Below are positions 50,675 through 59,569 of a DNA stretch of 64,000 bases, one piece after another; position 1 is the stretch's first letter, and every line of letters begins with the position of its first letter. This stretch comes from an archaeon (lineage in GTDB: Archaea > Nanobdellota > Nanobdellia > Parvarchaeales > Parvarchaeaceae): NCBI GenBank assembly GCA_037443005.1, contig JBBIPE010000002.1, positions 6,815 to 70,814 of the forward strand, read 5' to 3'. A program made the position numbers and the translations under genes. The notes under the pieces are model-generated. The model made no database searches and was not told where the DNA came from. It worked only from the letters and a program-made list of their open reading frames with translations.

Positions 50675-51456
50675 TGGAAGAAAACAACGATAAAGGGAAA
50701 TTGGAACTTAGAGGTTATAGTGCAGCCTATAAATTTGCAAAGGGCATATTTGAAAGATACCCGAAGATAATGAAAACAATAGTTCTATTCGGATCTTACA
50801 GCAAAGGCAAGGAAACCGACGACAGCGACGTAGATATAATGGTTGTAATGGATGATGTCTTGAATAAACTGGATGAAAGCACACAGTCCCTTATATTTAG
50901 TGATGTTGATAATCTTGTAAAGGAAAGCGAGGCAAAACTGCATATAAATTTTGTTACTTTGACTGCGTTTTGGAGAGGAGTAATAGCAGCAGATCCTGTT
51001 TCAGTAAATGTTTTAAAGTACGGCGTGCCGCTCATAGATACTGGATATTTTGAGCCTTTGCAGGCACTGCTTAATATGGGCGAGATAAAACCAACAGAAG
51101 AGTCAATTTACGCTTCTCTTACAAGAAGCGAGCTTTACTCTAATTCTGCTAAGCTCAAGCTTGCAGGCGTGGTAACAGATATGTATTGGGCAGTTGTAAA
51201 TTCCGCACAAGCAGCTATAATGCGGAACGGAGAGGTTCCTCCTTCACCTGAATTAATTCCCGAAATGCTTGAGAAGCTTGAAAAGCGTGGATTAATAAAC
51301 AAAAAAGATACGGACACCTTTAATGAGATATATCTGCTTGGAAAGAGGATATTTCACGGAGAAAAGATTGAAATAACCGGAGAAAAAGCGCAGGAACTGC
51401 TTGTTATGGGAATAGAATTCAATTCAAAGATGGCTGATCTTGCAGGATCTAAATAA
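50671..51456 (+). CDS. Nucleotidyltransferase-domain protein (MNT-type) with helical C-terminal domain
   Basis: LFGSYSKGKETDDSDVDIMVV (GS-x-DxD minimal NTase motif). The helical C-terminal half is possibly HEPN-like but has no clear R-x4-6-H. It overlaps the upstream gene by 4 nt. Confidence 0.65.
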   Translation: MMEENNDKGKLELRGYSAAYKFAKGIFERYPKIMKTIVLFGSYSKGKETDDSDVDIMVVMDDVLNKLDESTQSLIFSDVDNLVKESEAKLHINFVTLTAFWRGVIAADPVSVNVLKYGVPLIDTGYFEPLQALLNMGEIKPTEESIYASLTRSELYSNSAKLKLAGVVTDMYWAVVNSAQAAIMRNGEVPPSPELIPEMLEKLEKRGLINKKDTDTFNEIYLLGKRIFHGEKIEITGEKAQELLVMGIEFNSKMADLAGSK

Positions 51457-52000
51457 ATGTATTTATAATTATACCTATTCCGGCGCTTATAACAGCTATC
51501 AAAAGTCCTATACTTGCTGTTTTAAGGCCTTCTTTTATTCTGTCTTTTTTCTTCTCAATTGAGTAACTCCCAACATAAGCCAGTATTATAAGACTCGCTA
51601 TAAGTGAGATAATGCTGGCGGAAGAATCCTTCCTTATTTTTAATAGAGAATATGCAATGTAAGGAGTAAGCACTATCAAGCTGCCAAGTAATGTGGAAAG
51701 AAAGCTTAATTCTGCGTACTTCAGATTCTTTGATTTCTTGTTTTTTGTGATTTTATCTGGATTATAATCTCTGGCAAACATAATCTTCCCATATTCTTTT
51801 ATCTGTTGACCTAGAACGAAGTTTTCCGCGTTGTATGTCGAGAAGAAGTTTGAGAGCGAACCACTCACTCCAACAAGCAAGATAGACGCAAATGTAAGGT
51901 TATAGCTGTGGAAAAAGGATATACCCAAGGAGATACCCAAACCGAGAAAAAGGCCATCGCTTAATCCTAGTATTATATACCTACTTCTTGCCCTTTCCAT
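51449..52000 (-). CDS. VIT1/CCC1-like membrane protein
   Basis: GLSDGLFLGLGISLG-type motif and ~5 TM helices. Confidence 0.45.
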   Translation of the reverse strand: MERARSRYIILGLSDGLFLGLGISLGISFFHSYNLTFASILLVGVSGSLSNFFSTYNAENFVLGQQIKEYGKIMFARDYNPDKITKNKKSKNLKYAELSFLSTLLGSLIVLTPYIAYSLLKIRKDSSASIISLIASLIILAYVGSYSIEKKKDRIKEGLKTASIGLLIAVISAGIGIIINTFI

Positions 52001-52250
52001 TAGAATTTACCGTGGCTTCATCAAGGCTGTTTATTACAGCACCTCTATCCTTCAGGGCTTTTTGCACACCGTTAAAGTTTATCCTTCCTTCTATGACTAT
52101 CTTTAGGCCTTCAGTATGTATATCAACTTCTACAACCTTTATGAAAACATTGCCATTTCTGACATGCTTTGCTAAGTCATTTGCCAAATCTATTATATTA
52201 TACTCACCGATAGGCTTAACTGCATCTATCACTATTCTGCTTAAATACAT
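51981..52250 (-). CDS. DUF211 family protein
   Basis: 89 aa. IVIDAVKPIGEYNIIDLANDL...VVEVDIHTEGLKIVIEGRINFNGVQKALKDRGAVINSLDE matches the DUF211 pattern as recalled. Confidence 0.55.
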   Translation of the reverse strand: MYLSRIVIDAVKPIGEYNIIDLANDLAKHVRNGNVFIKVVEVDIHTEGLKIVIEGRINFNGVQKALKDRGAVINSLDEATVNSNGKGKK

Positions 52251-52367
52251 ATTATAATCCTATCTTATGAATTCTTTGTTAATAAACTTTTATTCTTGTA
52301 TTTATATAAACCTAAAAACTCTAAAGTAACCAAAATGTTTAAATACTATTATCTTTAATAGAGAAAT

Positions 52368-52760
52368 ATGATATTCGGAAAGAGCGCACAAGGGTTGCCT
52401 ATCAATACTATAATACTTATTGCAGTCGGTCTCCTTATACTTGTTTTACTTGTCACTTTTGTTTTAGGAGGTTTCAAAGGTCTAGGAGGAGGAGCCAGTG
52501 CGTCTAATAGTGCAATAACGGCTTTTGAGACCCAATGTTCAACTACTGCATCTTCTGCGGCAAGTTCCGGTTCATTTCCTTATGGGTGGTGCAGTAATAC
52601 TATAACAACCTCTACGGGTAAAGTATTGTGGTGCTATACAAACCCATCAAATTTAAAGAATAGCACGACTACTACTTTGTATAATGGTTCTACTTTAGAA
52701 GCTCCTTTACCTCCCGGAGCATCATCCGCACCCGGTGTAGTCTATTGCCCAGCGCCTTAA
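52368..52760 (+). CDS. Small secreted pilin-like protein (N-terminal hydrophobic helix, Cys-containing Ser/Thr-rich C-terminus)
   Basis: MIFGKSAQGLPINTIILIAVGLLILVLLVTFVL has a short charged leader followed by a ~25-aa hydrophobic segment, similar to the 59255 ORF N-terminus. Confidence 0.5.
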   Translation: MIFGKSAQGLPINTIILIAVGLLILVLLVTFVLGGFKGLGGGASASNSAITAFETQCSTTASSAASSGSFPYGWCSNTITTSTGKVLWCYTNPSNLKNSTTTTLYNGSTLEAPLPPGASSAPGVVYCPAP

Positions 52761-52821
52761 ATTTGTAGTTGTTTTTACCTAAACGGATAGACTTTTATTT
52801 GTTTGGAAACCTAATTAATAA

Positions 52822-53475
52822 ATGATTAAATCCAATTCTAAAAGAAGTAGTATAGCAAAGAATATTTTGGTGTTTTTTATCTTAATAGCTATTTTAATAG
52901 TTATTTTCTATGGTTTCAAGCAGCATATAATACTATTCAATTCATGCTATTTTGCAAACTCAACGCTTGCAGTTAACAGTTCCGGGCCTTTCTGTCTGCC
53001 GAATAACGGAGTAAACATAATAATAAACAAGTCTATATTGTCTTATTATCCTAATTCTACTTTGGCTATTCATAACCAGAACGTATCAGCATTGCCGTTT
53101 TCATTTTTGGACGGCAAGCCTTACATAACCGTTTGGAACGAGCCTTCCAGCATAGGGCCGGATTCCTACTCATTTTTGACAATACCGGATACTTTCAAAG
53201 TACATATGCAGTATAACGCAAGCGTGGATACATATTTCATAGTCATGACTAACCAGCAGTACATATACTGGGTCAGAAGCGGTGGAAGCCTGGCAAATGA
53301 TACAACTCTTATGAAAGAGGGGAATAATATATCTGTTTGGTTTAATCAGAGTACAGGCTGTGCGGGTTACGTGGCAGTTATAGAGTCCTTAAATAAACAG
53401 CCTGTTTCAATTTCTCCTGATGAGCAGATACTATATGCGCCAGCAAGCCAGCCGACGGGGGCCTGTTCAATATAG
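52822..53475 (+). CDS. N-terminally anchored extracellular protein, unknown function
   Basis: 217 aa with one TM helix, several sequons and four Cys. Confidence 0.45.
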   Translation: MIKSNSKRSSIAKNILVFFILIAILIVIFYGFKQHIILFNSCYFANSTLAVNSSGPFCLPNNGVNIIINKSILSYYPNSTLAIHNQNVSALPFSFLDGKPYITVWNEPSSIGPDSYSFLTIPDTFKVHMQYNASVDTYFIVMTNQQYIYWVRSGGSLANDTTLMKEGNNISVWFNQSTGCAGYVAVIESLNKQPVSISPDEQILYAPASQPTGACSI

Positions 53476-53515
53476 TACAGTCAATTATAAATCCTCCAAA
53501 GTTTTATTAATAAGT

Positions 53516-54127
53516 ATGGAAGTAGATGTTTTTGACGCTGTAAATGAATTAAAGGGCTTTTATGAAAATAATTCAGAAATTTCAAAGATAAGTGCTTTAA
53601 TTCCATATAAAAAAGTAGAGATAAGTATGGAATACAAAGATGGTGTGATAAGGATAAAAGCGCAGCATCCTCTGTCGATAAAAATATATAAAATATACAA
53701 TATACTTATGAGGCTTTTCATGGTGAATTCCGTGAAGCTTACAATGGATTTTATGGAAAACAATCAGCAAAAGTCGGTTTCAAAGCAGTTCGGTCCAAAT
53801 GAGGATATAAATCCTATAATAGACGATCTTAAGGAACTGCCACATGATAGCATCTCTGATATTGTGGTTGATACAGATTATTTTAAGCTTGTCGAGACGC
53901 AGGATATGACTGACAATGTTTCAATAATGCTCAAGAAGAGCGGCAAAAAGGAACTTTTCACAAGCTTTTCAAATTATCTTTTTCCATTTGCGAATATGCC
54001 TGCAAATGAGTCCTTAAAGGAAGAGATAAACTTTTTAAAGAGTGAGGACGAGTTGACTGTTGATATGTCAATAAAAATAGACAATTCACCAGTTGGTGTA
54101 AAATCTAAAAAGGTGAGACTTATCTAA
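53516..54127 (+). CDS. Hypothetical cytoplasmic protein, first gene of the KaiC-like/GTPase/Roadblock cluster
   Basis: ATG at 53516 (MEVDVFDAVNELKG). About 203 aa with no recognised motif. It ends 4 nt before the next gene. Confidence 0.45.
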   Translation: MEVDVFDAVNELKGFYENNSEISKISALIPYKKVEISMEYKDGVIRIKAQHPLSIKIYKIYNILMRLFMVNSVKLTMDFMENNQQKSVSKQFGPNEDINPIIDDLKELPHDSISDIVVDTDYFKLVETQDMTDNVSIMLKKSGKKELFTSFSNYLFPFANMPANESLKEEINFLKSEDELTVDMSIKIDNSPVGVKSKKVRLI

Positions 54128-54131
54128 TAAT

Positions 54132-54800
54132 ATGGAAGGGTTAAAGACAGGCTTTGGGTCGTTTGATGAATTAACAGGGGGATTAGACTATAGAAAAGTG
54201 TACTCATTGTTCGGAAATAAAGAATCTGGCAAGGAGCAGTTCCTATACAAACTTGTACAGTCGGCGCTGGCTAGCAGAAATTCGATTGTTTACGTGTTAA
54301 CCTCTAAATCATATTCAGAACTTATAAATGAGTTTAATTCCAGGAATATCCCCATAAACCAGTATCTTGGAAAGGATTTTATAATTCTTGATGATTTCAG
54401 CAGGACAAATTCTCCGAATCTTACGGACAATGCATATGCAAAGATTCTGAACGGCCCTATCGATCTGACGGGTTTATCCGTTGCGCTTTCCAATACAAAC
54501 AGCGATTTTATAAAGGATGCAAAAACGGTAATAAACATCTTTGACAATCTATCCAATCTTCTGATATATAATAATCCGGTAACTGTTTATAGGTTCCTCC
54601 AGTTTATATGCGGAAAATCTAAAACAGCTGGTGTTACAACTTTCTTTTCATTGGATACAGTAATGCACCCTCCAGATGTTATAGAGACTATAAAGAATCT
54701 TTCGGATACAATTATAACTTTAGATCTTCAAAACGGTAAGAGAGTTTTTACTTTGGTTGGAGCAAGCAGAGAAGTTTTGGAGCCAAAGGAGATTGGATGA
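54132..54800 (+). CDS. KaiC/RecA-superfamily (FlaH/ArlH-like) protein with deviant Walker A
   Basis: LKTGFGSFDELTGGLDYRKVYSLFGNKESGKEQF is a KaiC-like N-terminus whose P-loop GNKESGKE has Glu in place of Ser/Thr. Walker B-like FIILDD. Confidence 0.6.
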   Translation: MEGLKTGFGSFDELTGGLDYRKVYSLFGNKESGKEQFLYKLVQSALASRNSIVYVLTSKSYSELINEFNSRNIPINQYLGKDFIILDDFSRTNSPNLTDNAYAKILNGPIDLTGLSVALSNTNSDFIKDAKTVINIFDNLSNLLIYNNPVTVYRFLQFICGKSKTAGVTTFFSLDTVMHPPDVIETIKNLSDTIITLDLQNGKRVFTLVGASREVLEPKEIG

Positions 54801-54834
54801 ATACATTTAAAAACTTGAAGATTTATAAGATTAT

Positions 54835-56073
54835 ATGGTAGAATATAAAGGTCTGGATGGAATTGAAGAGGATATAGATCCATATTTTGGAATAGCCAAA
54901 CTTGATGAACAGCTTAAAGGTATCCCATCAAAGAAAATAGTTTTAATCTCAGCTTCCCCTTCTGTGGGAAATGAGGTTTTTGGGTATCAGATAATAAACA
55001 AAAACATAGACGAGAATGTTAAGACATTGGTTTTTCTCAACAGAACCTCACCGCAATCCTATCTCACAGAGATGAAAGAGTACGATTTGCCTTCCAATGA
55101 CAAATTATTCTTAATAGATGCATATAGTGGAATAACAGGTATAAAAACAGATGAAACCGATCATATAAAAGTTATAAATAATCCTTATGACAGGGAGGAG
55201 GTAAAATCGACTATACTGTCTGAGCTAGAAAAAGGATACGGTCTTTTTGTCGTTGATTCACTTTCATTACTAGTGGACTTTTTTGATTTTGACTATGTAA
55301 ACTCATTTGTATTGGAACTTAAAAAAGTCATGGAAAAGAATGATTCTGCGGCTGTTATGCTATTTACCGAATGGGGATATAGCGATGAAAACTTCAAAAA
55401 ATTAGCCTCAAACGTAAATTCTATAATAGAGATCAAAGGCATAGAAAAGAGGGTGATATTTGGGCAGTATTTCGCTGTGGTTAACTGTGATTGGATCACT
55501 GAAAAAAGCAATTTCTCCTCTGTTCTATTTAAGGCTATGAAACCTGGGGGAATAAAGGTTTATTTCCCGAAGATACTTGTAACAGGGCCTACTGATGCAG
55601 GTAAGAGCTCGTTTATACACAGTGCTTCGAAGGATGCAATCAGCGTTGATAAATTAGGAGGGACAATTGCACTTGATCATGGCAATGTCGATTATAATGG
55701 TTACAGGGCAGATTTGTTTGGTACTCCTGGACAGGAGAGATTTGATCCTCTACTGAGAATGCTTGGAGGGGAGGCAATAGGTGTGTTTTTAATTGTGGAC
55801 TCCACAAAACCGGAGCAGTTTCCAAGGGCAATAGAAATGCTCAGAAAAACCGAAACTTACGGCCTGCCTGTCGTTGTTGTTGCAAATAAGGCAGATCTAA
55901 AAGGAGCATTAAGCAAGGAAGATATAAGATCTAGACTTCATCTGGATTCTGCTATAGATCTTGTGCAGACTTTTGCGGAGGATCTGTCGAAAATTGATCC
56001 AAATGAGCCTACAAAATTAAAGGAGGAAGGTATTCACGAGGCTTTGTCAGTTTTGTTCAAGCAGCTGACATAG
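54835..56073 (+). CDS. Fusion protein: degenerate KaiC/RecA-like domain + small Ras-like GTPase (COG2229/MglA-like)
   Basis: The N-terminal ~240 aa have a RecA-like layout (FGIAKLDEQLKGIP..IVLISASPSVGNE with no GK[ST]; Walker B-like LFVVDSLS). The C-terminal ~170 aa (nt ~55567-56073) carry G1 GPTDAGKS, G3 LFGTPGQERF and G4 NKAD. Confidence 0.65.
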   Translation: MVEYKGLDGIEEDIDPYFGIAKLDEQLKGIPSKKIVLISASPSVGNEVFGYQIINKNIDENVKTLVFLNRTSPQSYLTEMKEYDLPSNDKLFLIDAYSGITGIKTDETDHIKVINNPYDREEVKSTILSELEKGYGLFVVDSLSLLVDFFDFDYVNSFVLELKKVMEKNDSAAVMLFTEWGYSDENFKKLASNVNSIIEIKGIEKRVIFGQYFAVVNCDWITEKSNFSSVLFKAMKPGGIKVYFPKILVTGPTDAGKSSFIHSASKDAISVDKLGGTIALDHGNVDYNGYRADLFGTPGQERFDPLLRMLGGEAIGVFLIVDSTKPEQFPRAIEMLRKTETYGLPVVVVANKADLKGALSKEDIRSRLHLDSAIDLVQTFAEDLSKIDPNEPTKLKEEGIHEALSVLFKQLT

Positions 56074-56103
56074 TTATTTAAATACGTAATTTATAAATTA
56101 AAT

Positions 56104-56478
56104 ATGGCTACAAAATCTGAACAGCTCAAAGGTGTTTTACAAAGATTAAGTACTGTAGGTGGTATTAAAGCATCTGCAGTAATATCTGCAAATGGTCTTC
56201 CTATGGTTTCACTTATGCCTGAAGATGTAGACCCTAATACTTTTGCAGCTATGCTTGCATCAATGGTTGGGTCTGCAGAGACAGCATTAAAGTCACTTGG
56301 TGCAAAGAATACACTTGATAGGGTAGTTGCTGAATCCAAAGATATAAGAGTCGTTGCTGTGCAAGCAGGTACTGATGCTATATTGACTATAATGATAGAC
56401 CCTAATACAAACTATGGACTTATTCTTCTGGAATCAAAGAAAGCTTCGGACGAGATAGCAGGCATAATGAGTCAATAA
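56104..56478 (+). CDS. Roadblock/LC7 (MglB-like) domain protein
   Basis: 124 aa. LQRLSTVGGIKASAVISANGLPM...AAMLASM...RVVAVQAG..AILTIM matches the Roadblock/LC7 pattern. It lies directly downstream of the GTPase fusion. Confidence 0.7.
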   Translation: MATKSEQLKGVLQRLSTVGGIKASAVISANGLPMVSLMPEDVDPNTFAAMLASMVGSAETALKSLGAKNTLDRVVAESKDIRVVAVQAGTDAILTIMIDPNTNYGLILLESKKASDEIAGIMSQ

Positions 56479-56626
56479 ATAAAAATACGCTTATCTCATT
56501 TTAATCTTAATTTTTTTTGATTTACTTAGTTATTGTTTATATAAAGTTGTTTTAATAATTGTCGCAGCTATTCCTATTTATGATACTTATTTATAAACTG
56601 CCAAGTAAAAGATATAATGTTATTGA

Positions 56627-56710
56627 GCTCAGGTTGCGTAACCTGGCATCGCGTAAGCCTGGAGAGCTTATGGGAGCAATCCCTTGAGGGTCCGAATCCC
56701 TCCCTGAGCG
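56627..56710 (+). tRNA. tRNA-Ser (GGA)
   Basis: Acceptor GCTCAGG/CCTGAGC, anticodon arm TAAGC-CTGGAGA-GCTTA, a long variable arm, T arm GAGGG-TCCGAAT-CCCTC and discriminator G. Confidence 0.9.
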
Positions 56711-56719
56711 CTTAATTTT

Positions 56720-57262
56720 TTATTTAACTCTGAATTCGCTTGCCTTGCTTAGTATACCAAATTTTTGAAGGATTGTTCTTCCTGTAACCAGTATTGCCAT
56801 TCCTGCCATCAAAGTTAATATCCCATATATAGGAATTTTGAATAATAGAAATGCGACGGCTATACCTAATGCAGGTGGATGCTCGCTGTCGGTTTCAAAC
56901 ATAAGCAGCGATACAAAAAATATCAATACAGCCGTTACAAGATAAAAATTTATGAATTTTGTAGATAAGAATCCAATATAACCAAAGATCCCAGCAATTA
57001 GATAGCTTTTAATAAATCTTGACCGCTTTGCGGCTTTTGAATATGGCATAAGAAACATTATGAACGCGCTGCTTGTGAAGGAAGTGAATATAAGGGCTGA
57101 TGCACCGCTTATCTCTCTTATGTCAAAGTTAATCTCATGTAGCGCAAATATAAGGAAAACAATTATAAGTGAAGTTGATAAAAGAGGTATAATTATGTTA
57201 TTTCTATTGAATTTATGTTTATATCTTTTGTATTCTTTATGTAAAAATTCATTTTTCGTCAT
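56720..57262 (-). CDS. HPP family membrane protein
   Basis: Five TM helices and a SEHPPALG (HPP) motif. Confidence 0.65.
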   Translation of the reverse strand: MTKNEFLHKEYKRYKHKFNRNNIIIPLLSTSLIIVFLIFALHEINFDIREISGASALIFTSFTSSAFIMFLMPYSKAAKRSRFIKSYLIAGIFGYIGFLSTKFINFYLVTAVLIFFVSLLMFETDSEHPPALGIAVAFLLFKIPIYGILTLMAGMAILVTGRTILQKFGILSKASEFRVK

Positions 57263-59159
57263 AGGGTCTTCTCTTTTTTATATCTTCTAATCTTTCATTT
57301 ATGAATTTTTCAAGATCCACATTATAAGAGGTTTTACCATTTCTGTTTCTGATTGCAATATTTTTATTTTTCTCCTCTTTATCCCCTATAACTATAACAT
57401 AAGGTATTTTTTCGATCTGCCCCTTTCTTATTTTATACTCAAGTGTCCCATTTTCCAGTTCGCTGTCTGCTCTTATACCAGCTTCTTTTAGTTTTTTTAT
57501 TACTTCTTCAGCATATGCGTTATTCCTTTCGGTTATCGTCAACACCCTTACTTGTACAGGAGAAAGCCAAAATGGTAGTTCTCCTTTTAGATTTTCCAGT
57601 ATTATACCCATAAATCTGCCTATAGTGCCCATTATTGATCTATGTATTACTATAGGGAAATGCTCGGTGTTATCGCTGCCAATGTACTTTGCATCAAATC
57701 TTACCGCCAGATTAAAATCAAGCTGTATAGTTGAGACTGCATATGCATCTTCAGGCCTACCACTGAAGTCCAGTGCGTAGATATCTATTTTTGGGCCATA
57801 AAATGCTCCGTCCCCTTCCTTTATTTCATATTTGTATCCCCTCTTATCAAGGACATCCTTTAATATGTTCTCCGCTTTGTCCCAAAGTGCTTCTTCCCCT
57901 ATTCTCTTTTCCGGCCTTGTGGCAAGCTTAATTATTGGCTTTAAGTTGAAAGGCAGGTAAACATCCTCCATTATATCAAACATCCTAGCTATCTCGCTTT
58001 CAATCTGTTCCTCCATTACGTAGACGTGTGAATCGTTCTGCTCCATCATTCTTGTTCTAAAAAGACCATCAAGTGTGCCCTCTAGCTCATATCTATGTAG
58101 AAATCCATAATCTGCTAGTCTCATCGGCAGATCTCTGTAGCTTCTTGTCTTTGACCTGAAAATCAGCGCAGAGAAAGGACAGTTCATAGGTTTCAAACCA
58201 TACTCTTCTTCAGAATCAAAAGGCGTGACTTTAAACATATTCTCCTTGTATTTATCGAAATGACCACTTATTTTCCATAGATCTATTTTCGCTATTTGTG
58301 GGGTTATAATCTCACTGTATTCATATTTTTTATCGAGTTCCCTGGCGAATTTTAAAAGTTCATTATAAACTATTGATCCTTTAGCCGTAAAGAATGGCGA
58401 ACCTGGCGAAAATTCTGAGAATTCAAAAAGTTCAAGGTCCTTACCTATCTTTTTGTGGTCGTGCTCTTTTCTTTCATCAAGTATCTTTAGATAATCATCA
58501 AGCTCTTTTTTTGATGGGAAGCTTATGCCATAGATCCGTGTCATAACCTCCTTTTTACTGTCTCCTCTCCAGTAGGCTCCTGCCACTTTAAGCAGTTTTA
58601 CTGCCTTTATATAGCCTGTTGACGGCACATGAGGGCCTCTACACAGATCATAAAACTCCTTGTTGATGTAGACGCTAAGTCCCTCATTTACTCCTTCAAT
58701 TATCTCAAGTTTGAATTTATTGTCCTTAAGTAAATCCTTTGCCTCATCTTTTGATATGTCTTTTCTTTCGAAGGGTATATCTTCATTTATTATATTGTAC
58801 ATCTCCTTCTCTATTCTTTCAAGGTCGTTATCTCCAACTTTTATATTATAAATATCATAATAGAAACCTTCGTTTATCGCAGGTCCTATTCCCAGCATTG
58901 ACTCGGGATATAACCGCTTTACCGCAGCTGCAAGAACATGTGCGGATGAATGCCAGAAAACTTTCTTTCCTTCATTATCATTGAAAGTGAAAAATTTTAT
59001 TTCTCCATCCTCATCTATTTTTCTTGATAAATCTACAAGTTTGCCGTTAATTTGTGCAACTAAAACATCTTTTAATTGTATTTTGAATTCTCTAGCTATA
59101 TCTTCCGCGGTTTTGCCGTTTTCTATATTTTTTTCATTATTGTTATAGATAATTCTCAT
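57249..59159 (-). CDS. thrS: Threonyl-tRNA synthetase
   Basis: 636 aa with an N-terminal TGS domain, an editing domain (HSSAHVLAAA), class II core motifs (FRSKTRSYRDLP, HRSIMGTIGRF) and a C-terminal anticodon-binding domain. Confidence 0.95.
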   Translation of the reverse strand: MRIIYNNNEKNIENGKTAEDIAREFKIQLKDVLVAQINGKLVDLSRKIDEDGEIKFFTFNDNEGKKVFWHSSAHVLAAAVKRLYPESMLGIGPAINEGFYYDIYNIKVGDNDLERIEKEMYNIINEDIPFERKDISKDEAKDLLKDNKFKLEIIEGVNEGLSVYINKEFYDLCRGPHVPSTGYIKAVKLLKVAGAYWRGDSKKEVMTRIYGISFPSKKELDDYLKILDERKEHDHKKIGKDLELFEFSEFSPGSPFFTAKGSIVYNELLKFARELDKKYEYSEIITPQIAKIDLWKISGHFDKYKENMFKVTPFDSEEEYGLKPMNCPFSALIFRSKTRSYRDLPMRLADYGFLHRYELEGTLDGLFRTRMMEQNDSHVYVMEEQIESEIARMFDIMEDVYLPFNLKPIIKLATRPEKRIGEEALWDKAENILKDVLDKRGYKYEIKEGDGAFYGPKIDIYALDFSGRPEDAYAVSTIQLDFNLAVRFDAKYIGSDNTEHFPIVIHRSIMGTIGRFMGIILENLKGELPFWLSPVQVRVLTITERNNAYAEEVIKKLKEAGIRADSELENGTLEYKIRKGQIEKIPYVIVIGDKEEKNKNIAIRNRNGKTSYNVDLEKFINERLEDIKKRRPYDEK

Positions 59160-59254
59160 CTAAATTCTATTAATTATATATATTAATAATTAACAGTATT
59201 TCTCCATTATTAGTGTTTGAATAATTATTAATAAGTGTATTTACCATAGATTAT

Positions 59255-59431
59255 ATGAAGTTAAATAGGAAAGGAATGGAGCTTGGGATAACAATAATAA
59301 TCATAATAGTAATCGCCCTAGCATTGCTTGTTATACTCTTATTTTTGATAAAAAGCGGTATTTTCGGTCCTGTTACCGGCCTTATAAAATCAGCTCCAAA
59401 TACCTCATCAATAACTAATTCTGTACCTTAA
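59255..59431 (+). CDS. 58-aa pilin-like protein with class III-type signal (below ORF-track cutoff)
   Basis: The ORF encodes MKLNRKGMELGITIIIIIVIALALLVILLFLIKSGIFGPVTGLIKSAPNTSSITNSVP, with a basic leader ending in KG followed by a long hydrophobic helix. Confidence 0.5.
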   Translation: MKLNRKGMELGITIIIIIVIALALLVILLFLIKSGIFGPVTGLIKSAPNTSSITNSVP

Positions 59432-59569
59432 TGTATAAACCATGCAAATACTGTAAAATTTTATATATCTAATTTTGCATGGATGCTAGTATGTTATTAT
59501 ACGCTGGTAATAATAAGCAACCATACTAACGGTTTTGTACTTTAGTTTTTGGAGGTTTTGAATATATCT

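Noticed and set aside
59440-59482. 9-bp inverted repeat CCATGCAAA ... TTTGCATGG separated by 25 nt containing TTTTATATAT, in the convergent intergenic region
   Set aside because: It is a single occurrence between two convergent gene ends, with a short stem and a large loop. It could be a chance palindrome or a weak terminator, and there is no supporting evidence for an RNA gene or operator.
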